From a virus, in the IMG/VR virus record IMGVR_UViG_3300036828_000198, positions 3,409 through 67,408 of that record: a stretch of DNA of 64,000 nucleotides; one strand, given 5' to 3'. How positions within the stretch are numbered: the stretch's first letter is position 1; each line of letters opens with the position of its first letter. Below are positions 10,022 to 19,107 of this stretch, one piece after another. The notes below the pieces were generated by a model. That model worked only from the letters and a program-made list of their open reading frames with translations. It was not told where the DNA came from and ran no database searches. The translations under genes and the position numbers were made by a program.

Positions 10022-10146
10022 TAATCTCCATTGAACGTCCGGCTCGAGAATGCGAGGGATGGTCCCTCACTTGAGTGATCTGGTCCAGCACAGCAGGTCG
10101 CTCTTGATCGGTCTGCATTCTCGAGCCGGGCCTTGAAAGGAGAATA
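10022..10146 (+). ncRNA. structured element copy 1 (TTGAA/TTGAA long hairpin)
   Basis: tctccATTGAACgtccggctcgagaatgc ... gcattctcgagccgggcCTTGAAAggaga; shares both arms with copy at 15273. Confidence 0.6.
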
Positions 10147-10149
10147 ATA

Positions 10150-10338
10150 ATGACAAATGCAGAATGGATAGCTAGCCTGGTTGAGATAGCCGGATATCCC
10201 GCTATAGAGGTTCAGGAGGACGGCGGCTGGGGATTTAGCGTATGGCGGGTAGGAGGCCCAAATGGCGTATTCAGTCTTACTATAGACACCGAATCGAAAC
10301 CTGTACCGTCTAGTGGAGACATTTCGGAGATCCAGTAA
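10150..10338 (+). CDS. hypothetical protein
   Basis: AAGGAG RBS. Confidence 0.55.
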   Translation: MTNAEWIASLVEIAGYPAIEVQEDGGWGFSVWRVGGPNGVFSLTIDTESKPVPSSGDISEIQ

Positions 10339-10610
10339 TGGGAACGCTCAACAGTAGGATGATGGGACAGTTCGTACAGCCTTCAATCAAGGGACGAATG
10401 AGTCTAGGTGACAACAAGCCTAGTAACGACCAGTATGACTTCGAGTCTCCTGCCGCCTTGTTGGACATGGACGAAGCACATGATGCTCAGGATGTCCTAG
10501 CTGGTATCTCGTTCAACAAGAAGGTACACAAGTCTAAGACCAACCGCGAAGATGTAGTGGAAGCTCTACAGGCCTGTGGAATCTTTATCAAAGACAGGGC
10601 TCCGAAGTAA
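10338..10610 (+). CDS. hypothetical protein
   Basis: TAATG coupling. Confidence 0.6.
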   Translation: MGTLNSRMMGQFVQPSIKGRMSLGDNKPSNDQYDFESPAALLDMDEAHDAQDVLAGISFNKKVHKSKTNREDVVEALQACGIFIKDRAPK

Positions 10611-10646
10611 CCCCTCAGGAAGTTAAATAAACAGGTAGTGAAGCTC

Positions 10647-10675
10647 TTGATAACCTAAGTGATCCCAGGTATAAT
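10647..10675 (+). promoter_or_regulatory. sigma70/HrdB-type promoter
   Basis: TTGATA-17-TATAAT in an AT-rich intergenic gap. Confidence 0.75.
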
Positions 10676-10703
10676 TGTATTATACAATTATGAGGTGATG
10701 GGC

Positions 10704-11165
10704 ATGACAACTCCAATTACTCCCAAGAGTCCAGTTAGCGGAAAGGTTTGGGCTGCTACAGGATCAGGTGGCTCTCTAGGTATCGCCGTAGGACTAATCA
10801 TCGATTTCGTTCCGTGGCTTCGTACAAATATTCCCCCCGATGCTATCCCCCTTATTCCGCCTTTCTTGGCAGGGCTAGGAGCATTCGCTGGAGGATACAG
10901 GGCTACGCATAGGCCTACGGTATCAGAGATCATTGCCGAAGTCGGATCGGCCGAGAGTCTCATCAAGGCCATCGAGGATGCAGCTCGCCCAGTAGCTACA
11001 CTAACCCCTACATTTTCATTCGCTCAGCATCCCGGAGTTCAGCTTCCAGCTCAGTCTAGCTCGGGTATACATGTCGATCCTGCTCAAGATCTTCAGGGTT
11101 ACGAGCCTCCGGCTCCTACAGTTCCACCTATGCCTGATCTTATTCAGGACGCTCCGCAAGCATGA
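10704..11165 (+). CDS. holin-like two-TM protein with Pro-rich tail
   Basis: PVSGKVWAAT...P..L....AFAGGYRA.H.P resembles actinophage holins. Confidence 0.55.
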   Translation: MTTPITPKSPVSGKVWAATGSGGSLGIAVGLIIDFVPWLRTNIPPDAIPLIPPFLAGLGAFAGGYRATHRPTVSEIIAEVGSAESLIKAIEDAARPVATLTPTFSFAQHPGVQLPAQSSSGIHVDPAQDLQGYEPPAPTVPPMPDLIQDAPQA

Positions 11166-12364
11166 CAGTAGACCTCTACTCTGAAGATCTGATCGCCCGC
11201 AGGATAGTACATGAAGTGCATACGAGTGAACGGCGATCATTCAGAGGCTGCCGCAGACGATGGAACTGGGTAAGAGAAGGTTACTATCCAGTCACTACGG
11301 CTAAGCCTCTTGAGTTCGGAACAGCGTTCCATATTGCAATGGAAACGTTGTTCAACCCAACGACGTGGAAGTACAACCATATAGTTCTAGGTGCACTAGC
11401 TGAAAAGGCATTCGTAGACACGTGTAACGAACAGCGTAAGCAGTACCTCTGGGCCAGAGATGAATTTGCTCTCGAAGGCGAAGACGAAGAAGACTACGAC
11501 GAAAGAGTTGATCTTGGCAGGGGCATGATCAAATACTTTGTCAAGCGTCAGCTTCCGATATTGCAAGACAAATACGTTCCTACCCACGTGGAGGTTAGCT
11601 TTGACGTTCCATTGCGAGATAGTAACGGGAACCAGTTGCTCTGCAAATGTAAATCCTGCCGATCCTCCTTTGCTAAGGCTGGTGGAGGTAGATGGAGAGG
11701 TAACCCTGTTGTCTTTTCCGGTCGAGTTGACGCCATCATGCATGACATGTCCGGAGGGTACTGGATCGTTGATTGGAAGACAGCTGCCCAACTTCGTGAC
11801 ATTGAAATATACCTAGAGCTGGATGATCAGGTTGCAGGGTACTGTTACGCACTTAGACGTGCAATGGGATTGAACCTACGAGGATTCATCTATTTCGAAA
11901 TTAGAAAGGCTTTTCCAGAACCACCTAAAGAAAATACGTCTATAAGACTAGGACGTAAGTATAGTGTCAACAAGCAGATGGCAACAGATTATCAGACGTA
12001 CTATGAAACCGTTTCTGTTAATGACGCAGAAGCCTTTAAAGCAGGTCTGTACAACGTTTTTCTTGATTGGTTGAAGAACGAAGGAATCGTTTATTATAGA
12101 TCGTCCACAATTTACAAGTCTGACTACGAACTAGAACAGGTCGAAGAAAACCTAGTCGCAGAAGTCCTAACAATGCTCGATCCGAACCTACGCATCTATC
12201 CAATGCCAGGTCAGTTCAGCTGTAGAACTTGTGCATATCAAACTCCATGTCTAAGCAAAAACGCAGGCCAAGACTACCAATACAGCCTAGACACACTTTA
12301 TCAGAAACTAGAACCGTATTACAAGCGGCAAAAGAAGCCTACAACTGATAAGGTAGGGGACTAG
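11162..12364 (+). CDS. Cas4-like / PD-(D/E)xK exonuclease
   Basis: HTSERRSFRGCRRRW, FGTAFH, GRVDAI...IVDWKT, Q...Y, CRTCAYQTPC. Confidence 0.85.
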   Translation: MTVDLYSEDLIARRIVHEVHTSERRSFRGCRRRWNWVREGYYPVTTAKPLEFGTAFHIAMETLFNPTTWKYNHIVLGALAEKAFVDTCNEQRKQYLWARDEFALEGEDEEDYDERVDLGRGMIKYFVKRQLPILQDKYVPTHVEVSFDVPLRDSNGNQLLCKCKSCRSSFAKAGGGRWRGNPVVFSGRVDAIMHDMSGGYWIVDWKTAAQLRDIEIYLELDDQVAGYCYALRRAMGLNLRGFIYFEIRKAFPEPPKENTSIRLGRKYSVNKQMATDYQTYYETVSVNDAEAFKAGLYNVFLDWLKNEGIVYYRSSTIYKSDYELEQVEENLVAEVLTMLDPNLRIYPMPGQFSCRTCAYQTPCLSKNAGQDYQYSLDTLYQKLEPYYKRQKKPTTDKVGD

Positions 12365-12621
12365 TGAAACCTAGTGTAGGTAGGACCGTACATTACGTTC
12401 GTAACAGCTCGGGCGGAGAACGTTACCCTCAGGACCACTATGCGGCTATGATCACAGAAGTGGCTAAGCCTACTTCGATCATGGAAGCAGAAGAGACCGT
12501 CGGCCTGTTCGTATTCGAACCTTATGGTCTCAAGATCAAGTCGTTGGAAAATGGTGGAGTCAAGCACGACGAGAACATGTCTGCAGGGACCTGGCACTGG
12601 CCCGAAAGGGTAGCGGAATGA
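12364..12621 (+). CDS. conserved small phage protein (KPSVGRTVHY...GTWHWPERV)
   Basis: recognisable terminal motifs. Confidence 0.7.
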   Translation: MKPSVGRTVHYVRNSSGGERYPQDHYAAMITEVAKPTSIMEAEETVGLFVFEPYGLKIKSLENGGVKHDENMSAGTWHWPERVAE

Positions 12622-12788
12622 AAGTCACAATCAAGTGTGAAAGAGCCGATGGACAGTTCGCTCTCGCTGTTACAGACGTGCCAGATGATCTCCTGTATGC
12701 AGATATAAGTCAACAGGATGCAGCAGAAGAAAAGATCAAGGGAGGCTTCGTAGATACTTACAGGCGAGCAGCGGAGTTGCCACGATGA
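12618..12788 (+). CDS. small hypothetical protein (56 aa)
   Basis: ATGA overlaps at both ends; MKVTIKCERADG... Confidence 0.6.
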   Translation: MKVTIKCERADGQFALAVTDVPDDLLYADISQQDAAEEKIKGGFVDTYRRAAELPR

Positions 12789-13597
12789 CTACCGTAGATG
12801 TAGTTCCGTCTCCCAAGACCTTCGCAGGTATTCCGATCGCGCCTGTGAGAGCTACAAGGTCTAATATCAACCTGCTGATCTACGGTAAGCCCGGAGCTGG
12901 TAAGACGTTCCTAGCTTCGACTGCAGATTACGTACCTGAAATGAGACCCGTTCTGTATCTTAACGTCGAAGGTGGAGACATGACACTACGTCACTCTGCA
13001 CCTGAGATCAGGAAGATACCTGAAGAGGGCAGCTTGACTTGGCCTCAGCTTCAGACCATCTACGACCTTCTAGCTCGCCAGTGCTATAACGGTCCTGAGC
13101 CAGGTGAATTCGTTCCTAGGACTGTTATTCTGGACACTCTCACTGAGTGCCAGAAGATGAACATGAGCCAGATCATGGCCGAGCTAATGATGGATCAGCC
13201 TGAAAAGGGCTGGGATCCAGACATACCCCAGATCAAGCAGTGGGGTAAGAACATCGAGCAGATCCGTAAGTGGGTTAGGAAGTACCGTGACCTACCCCTT
13301 AACGTGATCATGACTTGTCACGAGCAGATTGACAAGGACAACATGACGGGCCAGCAGCTACACAAGCCTCAGCTGTCTGGCAAGTTGTCCAACGAGGTGG
13401 CTGGCTTCTTTGATATCGTTGCGTACTTGTACGTGAAGCAAGAAGAAGGCAAGCCAGTTCGTAAACTCCTAACCGGATCGTGGGAAGGATATGTAGCTAA
13501 GGACAGATCAGGAAACCTACCAGAGATTATGGTAAACCCAAACATGGGAGAAATATACGAACGAATCACTCAAGGGATATCCGATAAAGTAGAGTGA
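12785..13597 (+). CDS. Sak4-like / AAA_24 ATPase recombinase
   Basis: LIYGKPGAGKT, VILDTLT, MTCHE, FDIVAYL, AKDRSG. Confidence 0.85.
   Translation: MTTVDVVPSPKTFAGIPIAPVRATRSNINLLIYGKPGAGKTFLASTADYVPEMRPVLYLNVEGGDMTLRHSAPEIRKIPEEGSLTWPQLQTIYDLLARQCYNGPEPGEFVPRTVILDTLTECQKMNMSQIMAELMMDQPEKGWDPDIPQIKQWGKNIEQIRKWVRKYRDLPLNVIMTCHEQIDKDNMTGQQLHKPQLSGKLSNEVAGFFDIVAYLYVKQEEGKPVRKLLTGSWEGYVAKDRSGNLPEIMVNPNMGEIYERITQGISDKVE
13551..13580 (+). repeat. 30-bp direct repeat copy 1
   Basis: aaatatacgaacgaatcactcaagggatat identical to 14517-14546. Confidence 0.95.
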
Positions 13598-13607
13598 AGG
13601 GAATCTA

Positions 13608-14468
13608 ATGAAGAAACGGATACTAGCCCTTACAACTGCAGTAGCAACAGCTGGGTTGCTATGTCTAGCTGGATCCTCTGCTGCTAGTTCAGGTGACAGC
13701 ACGAGCCTGTCCGCTACGGATGTCGGGTCTAATTCTACTCCAAACGGCTCACTGAGCCCGTTCCCCAATACATCTGGGAGCGGAACGCTATACTCACCAG
13801 CTGACGCAGGATACGTACTCACTCCTGGGACTATTAGCGGGTTCAAGTACGTATCTGCTACGTTCGTGCTACCATCTTTCAGTACCTGTTCTAGTGCAAG
13901 TGCTGCTATCCACCTAGTAGGACTAGGCGGCTGGAACGGTAACAACATTCTAGCTGCAGTCGGAGTAGATGAAGGCTGCACTGCTGGTGTTGCTGTTCCA
14001 TTCTATTACGGGTACTGGTACGACGATTTCTATCAGCACTTCGTCGAGGACTTCGTACCTAACTGGTTCCTCGCCCCTGGAGACACGATCTTCACGAGCG
14101 TTCTGGGTAACGCTGGAACAGGCACTTACACTTATACGCTCAACGACATCACGACAGGTAATAACTTCTCGACAACATACACCTGCGGCGGAACTGCTTG
14201 TGCTAGTGCAACTGCCGAGATATTCACTGCTACCTTCCAGAACAACGGCAGTACACCGGTGCCTAACTTCGGTAACGTCAACTTCACTGACGTGAAGGTA
14301 ACACCGCTAGGCCAGTCTGGTACAGAGGGCATCAACAATGCTGCGTGGACCACCACGAAGGTTATCGACTACGGTACATCCACATCGGATGTGGTGGTAC
14401 AACCAGGTAGCATCGGTGGAGACAGTAATTCTTCAACGTTTACCAACACCTGGGAACACGGAAGCTAA
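13608..14468 (+). CDS. secreted glutamic peptidase G1 (Peptidase_A4)-like protein, probably inactive
   Basis: signal peptide; AGYV..VSATFVLP, VGLGG, PGDTI, TAEI, VPNFGNVNFT. Confidence 0.7.
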   Translation: MKKRILALTTAVATAGLLCLAGSSAASSGDSTSLSATDVGSNSTPNGSLSPFPNTSGSGTLYSPADAGYVLTPGTISGFKYVSATFVLPSFSTCSSASAAIHLVGLGGWNGNNILAAVGVDEGCTAGVAVPFYYGYWYDDFYQHFVEDFVPNWFLAPGDTIFTSVLGNAGTGTYTYTLNDITTGNNFSTTYTCGGTACASATAEIFTATFQNNGSTPVPNFGNVNFTDVKVTPLGQSGTEGINNAAWTTTKVIDYGTSTSDVVVQPGSIGGDSNSSTFTNTWEHGS

Positions 14469-14516
14469 CCCAAGACTTCCTTTAATACAAAGGAAAGATG
14501 GACTATAGCAGGAGGA

Positions 14517-14546
14517 AAATATACGAACGAATCACTCAAGGGATAT
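14517..14546 (+). repeat. 30-bp direct repeat copy 2 (relic 3' end of ATPase gene)
   Basis: encodes IYERITQGI again, continuing FDKTKESIAS-stop. Confidence 0.95.
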
Positions 14547-14589
14547 TCGACAAGACTAAAGAGTCAATCGCATCCTAGAAGGTGAAACA

Positions 14590-15138
14590 GTGGGAATTAG
14601 AGTAAACGTTTCCGAACAGGAAGCAAAGAGTCAAGATCGCGAACCTCTTCCCAAGGGAAAGTTCCACTACAAGTTCACGGACATGGAAATCATGTTCGTC
14701 AAGGACACCGGCGCAGACGGATCTCCTAACAAGAACGCAGGAAAGCCGTACCTCAACCTCGAGCTCACAGTTCAAGACGGACCGTTCTCTGGCCGCAAGG
14801 ACTGGGTCAACATGATGTGCTTCGAGGGCGCTCTTTATACTGCATCACAGATCCTGAAGGCTCTCGATTACGATCTTCCCATCAATAGCCAAGGTAAGGC
14901 TATTGGCGGAGAGATCGATATCCCAGACGACCGCGACTTCTATGTCGGTAAGGACATCTGGGGACGTCGTGATGTCTCGAGAGGAAAGGACAAGAAGCCT
15001 CAACTGGACGATTCAGGAGAGCCTAGGATCCAGATTCAAGGCTTCTCCAAGTACGTCACGGGTCAGTCTGGAACAGCTCAGGCTCCCCTCGACGCTCCAA
15101 GCGGTGCCTCTAAGGCACCAGCAGGAGTTCTTCCGTAA
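14590..15138 (+). CDS. DUF669-like single-stranded DNA-binding protein
   Basis: EPLPKGKFH...PYLNLELTVQDGPFSGRK; follows Sak4-like gene. Confidence 0.75.
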   Translation: MGIRVNVSEQEAKSQDREPLPKGKFHYKFTDMEIMFVKDTGADGSPNKNAGKPYLNLELTVQDGPFSGRKDWVNMMCFEGALYTASQILKALDYDLPINSQGKAIGGEIDIPDDRDFYVGKDIWGRRDVSRGKDKKPQLDDSGEPRIQIQGFSKYVTGQSGTAQAPLDAPSGASKAPAGVLP

Positions 15139-15149
15139 AGGAGTATTCA

Positions 15150-15275
15150 ATGAATCCAGAAGGAAACGTCCCTACTTGGGACAGTGCAGACCAGGACAAC
15201 AAGGGCCCCGTAGAGGTCCTTCACCCCGCGGACTGCCTGTGTAGTCCTAACTGTGCAGCGCGGATTCGCCAGTAA
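15150..15275 (+). CDS. 41-aa protein with HxxxCxCxxxC
   Basis: AAGGAG RBS; stop forms the start of structured element copy 2. Confidence 0.55.
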   Translation: MNPEGNVPTWDSADQDNKGPVEVLHPADCLCSPNCAARIRQ

Positions 15276-15384
15276 TCTGCATTGAACGTCCGGCAGGAGC
15301 ATCTGAATATAGGCTACTCGTTGATCCGTGGGTAGCCATAACGGATCCAGAGCTCTGCTCCTGTCGGGCCTTGAATGCAAGTTA
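15273..15384 (+). ncRNA. structured element copy 2
   Basis: tgcATTGAACgtccggcaggagca ... tgctcctgtcgggcCTTGAATgca. Confidence 0.6.
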
Positions 15385-15400
15385 TTGAGAGGAGGTACGT

Positions 15401-15613
15401 ATGAATGAAGAACAGACTCGTAGAGAGACTAGAGGAACTGGGCCTGGCACGGTAGATGCTAACCTGGGAACGAGTCTAGTTATTTGCCCTGTCGGTAAGT
15501 GTACGACAACTCAAAGGTTTACAGAAACGGCAGCTACTCTAGCTATGCCGGTTAGAACAAACAAAAGCAGAGAGGAATATCTTAGGCTGGCACATAAAGC
15601 CGGACGCCACTAA
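15401..15613 (+). CDS. hypothetical protein
   Basis: GGAGG RBS. Confidence 0.55.
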   Translation: MNEEQTRRETRGTGPGTVDANLGTSLVICPVGKCTTTQRFTETAATLAMPVRTNKSREEYLRLAHKAGRH

Positions 15614-15624
15614 ACCAGGAGTCT

Positions 15625-17796
15625 ATGATGCTTCCGGCAGTCTTCTTTCATACCATATTCGGTTCATCTAGCGGAATAGTGTGTCTTGCTGTCAAGAACA
15701 AGAATGACTTCCAGGAGACTTACTTTAACTACCCTGATCAAATTAGGATTATGCATGAATTCGTCGAACGAAGCAAATACTCAGGAAACGTCTACTTCTG
15801 CCCTCAACTACTATCAGAGCCAACAAGGACTAAAGCTAACGTTGTCACTACCACATGTACATGGGCAGACCTGGATTCTTGCCCTCCTGGAGTTCTACTG
15901 GTTCGACCCACAATCGTCCTGCAGACAAGTCCTAACCGTTTTCAGGCTTTTTGGGTCTTTGAAGAGCCTAGGGATCCTACAGAAAGTGAAGACCTCGCAA
16001 GGCGCATTGCGTACTATCACTCCAAAGATGGAGCAGACAGAAGCGGTTGGGATCTCACTCAGTTGCTTCGAATCCCCGGAACTAGGAACTATAAGTACGG
16101 TGAGGGTGCACTTGCCCCTGAGGTAACCGTCGAAGAAGTAAATGACGCAAAGTACCGGTTGTCAGACTTCGACCAGTATCCGGTAGCTAAGGGTTACGAA
16201 TATACTCAAGTTCCATTTCCTCAGCTGGTAATCGAAGACGGAGTAAAGTTCCTAGAGCGGTACAGCTTCAAGCTAAGCGGCGTCGCACATACACTCTTTC
16301 ATCAGGAAGTAGAAGAAGGTACTAGAAGCGAAGCTCTATTCAGGCTAGTCATGGTTTGCTCTGAAGCAGGCATGACAAGAGAAGAAGCGTTCCAAGTAGC
16401 TAGGGACTCTAAGTGTAACAAGTGGCCCGATCAACCAGACCTCCTTTGGAGAGACGTTTGTCGAGCATATCAAGTCCATGATCAGAATGAAAAGGCAACA
16501 AATCTTCCAAGACCTGAAGAAGGACCAGAGCTAGTAACCGATCAGGAAAGACACGACATACTAGCTAACCCCTGCTTCATCGAGAGGTACATTGCATGGG
16601 CATCGACTCTAGGAGACGCTGCTGTCCAGTACCATCAGGCGGGTGCTTTTATTGCACTTTCGAGTATGTTGGCCGGTTCGATTCGACTTCCTACATCGTT
16701 CGGGCCCATTGTTCCCAACCTGTGGTTGATGATTCTGGCAAACACTACCCTGTCTCGCAAGTCTACCTCTATGAATACAGTGATGAACCTGATAGAGGAA
16801 GTTGACGAATCTCTTCTGATGGCTACAGACGGAAGCATAGAAGGGTTCGCTTCTGCTTTGTCGTCCAGACCAGGCAGAGTCTCAATCTTCTTTAGAGACG
16901 AATTCACCGGCTTGCTTGAGACAATGACAAAGAAAGACTACATGTCAGGCATGCCAGAGTTCTTCACTAACTTGTACGATGGAAGGAGTCAACTACGACG
17001 GCTACGCAAAGAGGAGATCAGGATAAAGGATCCACGCCTGATTATATTCGCAGGCGGAATCAAAGACAGAATGCAGAGCCTGGTAACCTTCGAACATGTA
17101 AGTTCGGGGTTCTTGCCCAGGTTCATTTTCGTTACAGCAGATACTGATCCAACTAAGGTCAGACCTCTAGGTCCGCCTACAGAAGACAACTGGGGCGCAA
17201 GGGACGTAATCCTTAATGAACTTAGAGACATGTATGCCTGTTATCGTGCTCAAGTTCCAATCACAATGAACGGAAAGGTAACAAGTCTAACTGACAGAGT
17301 CATAGACGCAACCCTGACAAAAGATGCGTGGACTCGATTTAACCGAATTGATCAAACACTTATGCACGTAGGAATGGACGCAGGAGACCTTAGGAACATC
17401 CTAACACCATTGTACGCACGCCTTGGGTTCAGTATGCTCAAGGCGGCAGTTTTGATAGCAGCTTCCAAGGTTCGAGAAGAGTCAGTTATAGTTCAGGAAG
17501 AGGACATTATAAGAGCGGCTCATTACGGAGAGTCTTGGAGACGTTACGCACAAGACATCGTAGTGAACATAGGCAAGGGACCACTCGAGCATAAGATCGA
17601 ACTGGTCAACAATGCAATATCCAGACACGGACACATTGCTCGGTCTGCAATTATGACCAGGTACCATCTAGAGGCTCGAGAGATGTCACTCATAGTTAGG
17701 ACTCTAGAAGAGAGAGGCCTGATACTTATAGACCAACATGGTAAGCAACAGGTGTATAGAACGACACTCACAGAGACGGAGAAAATTCTTAAATGA
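15625..17796 (+). CDS. RepB-like primase fused to DUF3987-like domain
   Basis: VYFCP, WADLD, QTSPNRFQAFW, LLRIPGTRNYK; SRKSTS, RDEF, SGFLPRFIF. Confidence 0.85.
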   Translation: MMLPAVFFHTIFGSSSGIVCLAVKNKNDFQETYFNYPDQIRIMHEFVERSKYSGNVYFCPQLLSEPTRTKANVVTTTCTWADLDSCPPGVLLVRPTIVLQTSPNRFQAFWVFEEPRDPTESEDLARRIAYYHSKDGADRSGWDLTQLLRIPGTRNYKYGEGALAPEVTVEEVNDAKYRLSDFDQYPVAKGYEYTQVPFPQLVIEDGVKFLERYSFKLSGVAHTLFHQEVEEGTRSEALFRLVMVCSEAGMTREEAFQVARDSKCNKWPDQPDLLWRDVCRAYQVHDQNEKATNLPRPEEGPELVTDQERHDILANPCFIERYIAWASTLGDAAVQYHQAGAFIALSSMLAGSIRLPTSFGPIVPNLWLMILANTTLSRKSTSMNTVMNLIEEVDESLLMATDGSIEGFASALSSRPGRVSIFFRDEFTGLLETMTKKDYMSGMPEFFTNLYDGRSQLRRLRKEEIRIKDPRLIIFAGGIKDRMQSLVTFEHVSSGFLPRFIFVTADTDPTKVRPLGPPTEDNWGARDVILNELRDMYACYRAQVPITMNGKVTSLTDRVIDATLTKDAWTRFNRIDQTLMHVGMDAGDLRNILTPLYARLGFSMLKAAVLIAASKVREESVIVQEEDIIRAAHYGESWRRYAQDIVVNIGKGPLEHKIELVNNAISRHGHIARSAIMTRYHLEAREMSLIVRTLEERGLILIDQHGKQQVYRTTLTETEKILK

Positions 17797-18740
17797 TATA
17801 CGGAACCGCAGTCACCCCAACACCAGTATTTCCAATCGAAAACGAACGAGTAATCATTCCCCCGGGCCTACAAGGAACACAGTTTCCACAGGACCTGGAA
17901 ATTCCGATTCCTAGAGAGGACCTAGTCGATAGCGTGCCTATCGTCGACGCAAAGGAACCTGATGGTGTAGTTATCGTGTCAGGTGGTCTAGACAGTATTA
18001 CTACTGTGTACCGTATGGTTCAAGTACACAATGCTACCCCTCACCTTATCAGCTTCGACTACGGCCAGCGGCATTCTAAGGAACTCGACTATGCACTCGC
18101 ATGTGCAGAACGTCTCGGCCTTAGGTGGAGCCTAGTCGAACTTAGCACTCTTACAGACCTGATCAGCAACTCGGCTCTCACATCTCAAGGTCGCATCATA
18201 GACGATCCTGATCAGCCAGGATACAAGATGGGTTCCGAAATTCTTGTACCAGAGGGGCACTACTCTGAAGACAACATGGCGATCACGGTAGTTCCTAACC
18301 GGAACATGGTGATGATCTCCATCGCTGCAGCTATCGCAGTCAACAACAAGTACAAGTATGTCGCTGCAGGTATGCATGCAGGTGACCATGCTCAGTATCC
18401 TGACTGTCGCCCAGGGTTTCTGAAGTCCGTACGGGAAACGATCATGTGGGCCAATGAAGGCTTCATCGATCCGAACTTCGAACTCCTAACCCCATACATT
18501 CGCCTGAGCAAAAACGATATTGCAGCAGACGCATATCGTTTCGGAGTTCCACTTCATATGACGTGGAGCTGCTATAAGGGTGGAGCCATCCACTGTGGCA
18601 GGTGCGCAACCTGCGTCGAGCGTCAAGAGGCAATAGCCAGTGTCAAGGAAGCCCCTGCAGACTGGGATCAGACTCTATATGCGGACTCTGAATTCTGGAA
18701 GCAGACAGTAGCAGACTGGCATCAGCAGCATTCAACCTGA
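17793..18740 (+). CDS. queC: 7-cyano-7-deazaguanine synthase
   Basis: SGGLDS, YGQRH, VPNRN, YPDCR, TWSCY, HCGRCATCVER. Confidence 0.95.
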   Translation: MIYGTAVTPTPVFPIENERVIIPPGLQGTQFPQDLEIPIPREDLVDSVPIVDAKEPDGVVIVSGGLDSITTVYRMVQVHNATPHLISFDYGQRHSKELDYALACAERLGLRWSLVELSTLTDLISNSALTSQGRIIDDPDQPGYKMGSEILVPEGHYSEDNMAITVVPNRNMVMISIAAAIAVNNKYKYVAAGMHAGDHAQYPDCRPGFLKSVRETIMWANEGFIDPNFELLTPYIRLSKNDIAADAYRFGVPLHMTWSCYKGGAIHCGRCATCVERQEAIASVKEAPADWDQTLYADSEFWKQTVADWHQQHST

Positions 18741-18752
18741 AAGATAGAGGCA

Positions 18753-19007
18753 ATGGCTCTTCCAGAACCTCCAGGTAAATATATCAAGGATATACAGGGC
18801 AAGATCGAGATAGTCATAAGTGGAGAACGATACACGGCGGAAATAGAAGAAGCTTGGACTCAAGAGAGTCCTGCAACTGATACATGGGCTGCAGCTGCAA
18901 AGATAGTCGGTAAAGGAAATGTATGGACCTTGAATGGAATGGGTCCTACAGATGCTGTCGCAAGATGTCTAGCAATTGCAGTATCAGCACACGAGGTAGG
19001 AGAGTAG
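18753..19007 (+). CDS. hypothetical protein
   Basis: ORF in operon. Confidence 0.6.
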   Translation: MALPEPPGKYIKDIQGKIEIVISGERYTAEIEEAWTQESPATDTWAAAAKIVGKGNVWTLNGMGPTDAVARCLAIAVSAHEVGE

Positions 19008-19107
19008 TAGTTAGTGGATAATGTCGTAGCAACAGTTACACTGATTCCAGCAGCACTAGCATGTATAACAATGGCTATCCTGAAAGCAACAAGGTGGAAG
19101 GGTTAAC

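Noticed and set aside
10055-10075. Element 1 cargo (ggatggtc) complementary to the queE hop site as a guide RNA
   Set aside because: Only 8 nt, and element 2 has no equivalent match to the helicase site, so chance is likely.
11162-12364. CRISPR-associated Cas4
   Set aside because: No array or other cas genes. The context (Sak4-like ATPase, SSB) is a standard phage recombination module.
15151-15271. tRNA-like element ending ggattcgCCA
   Set aside because: No T or D arm consensus, and the interval is an RBS-led 41-aa ORF.
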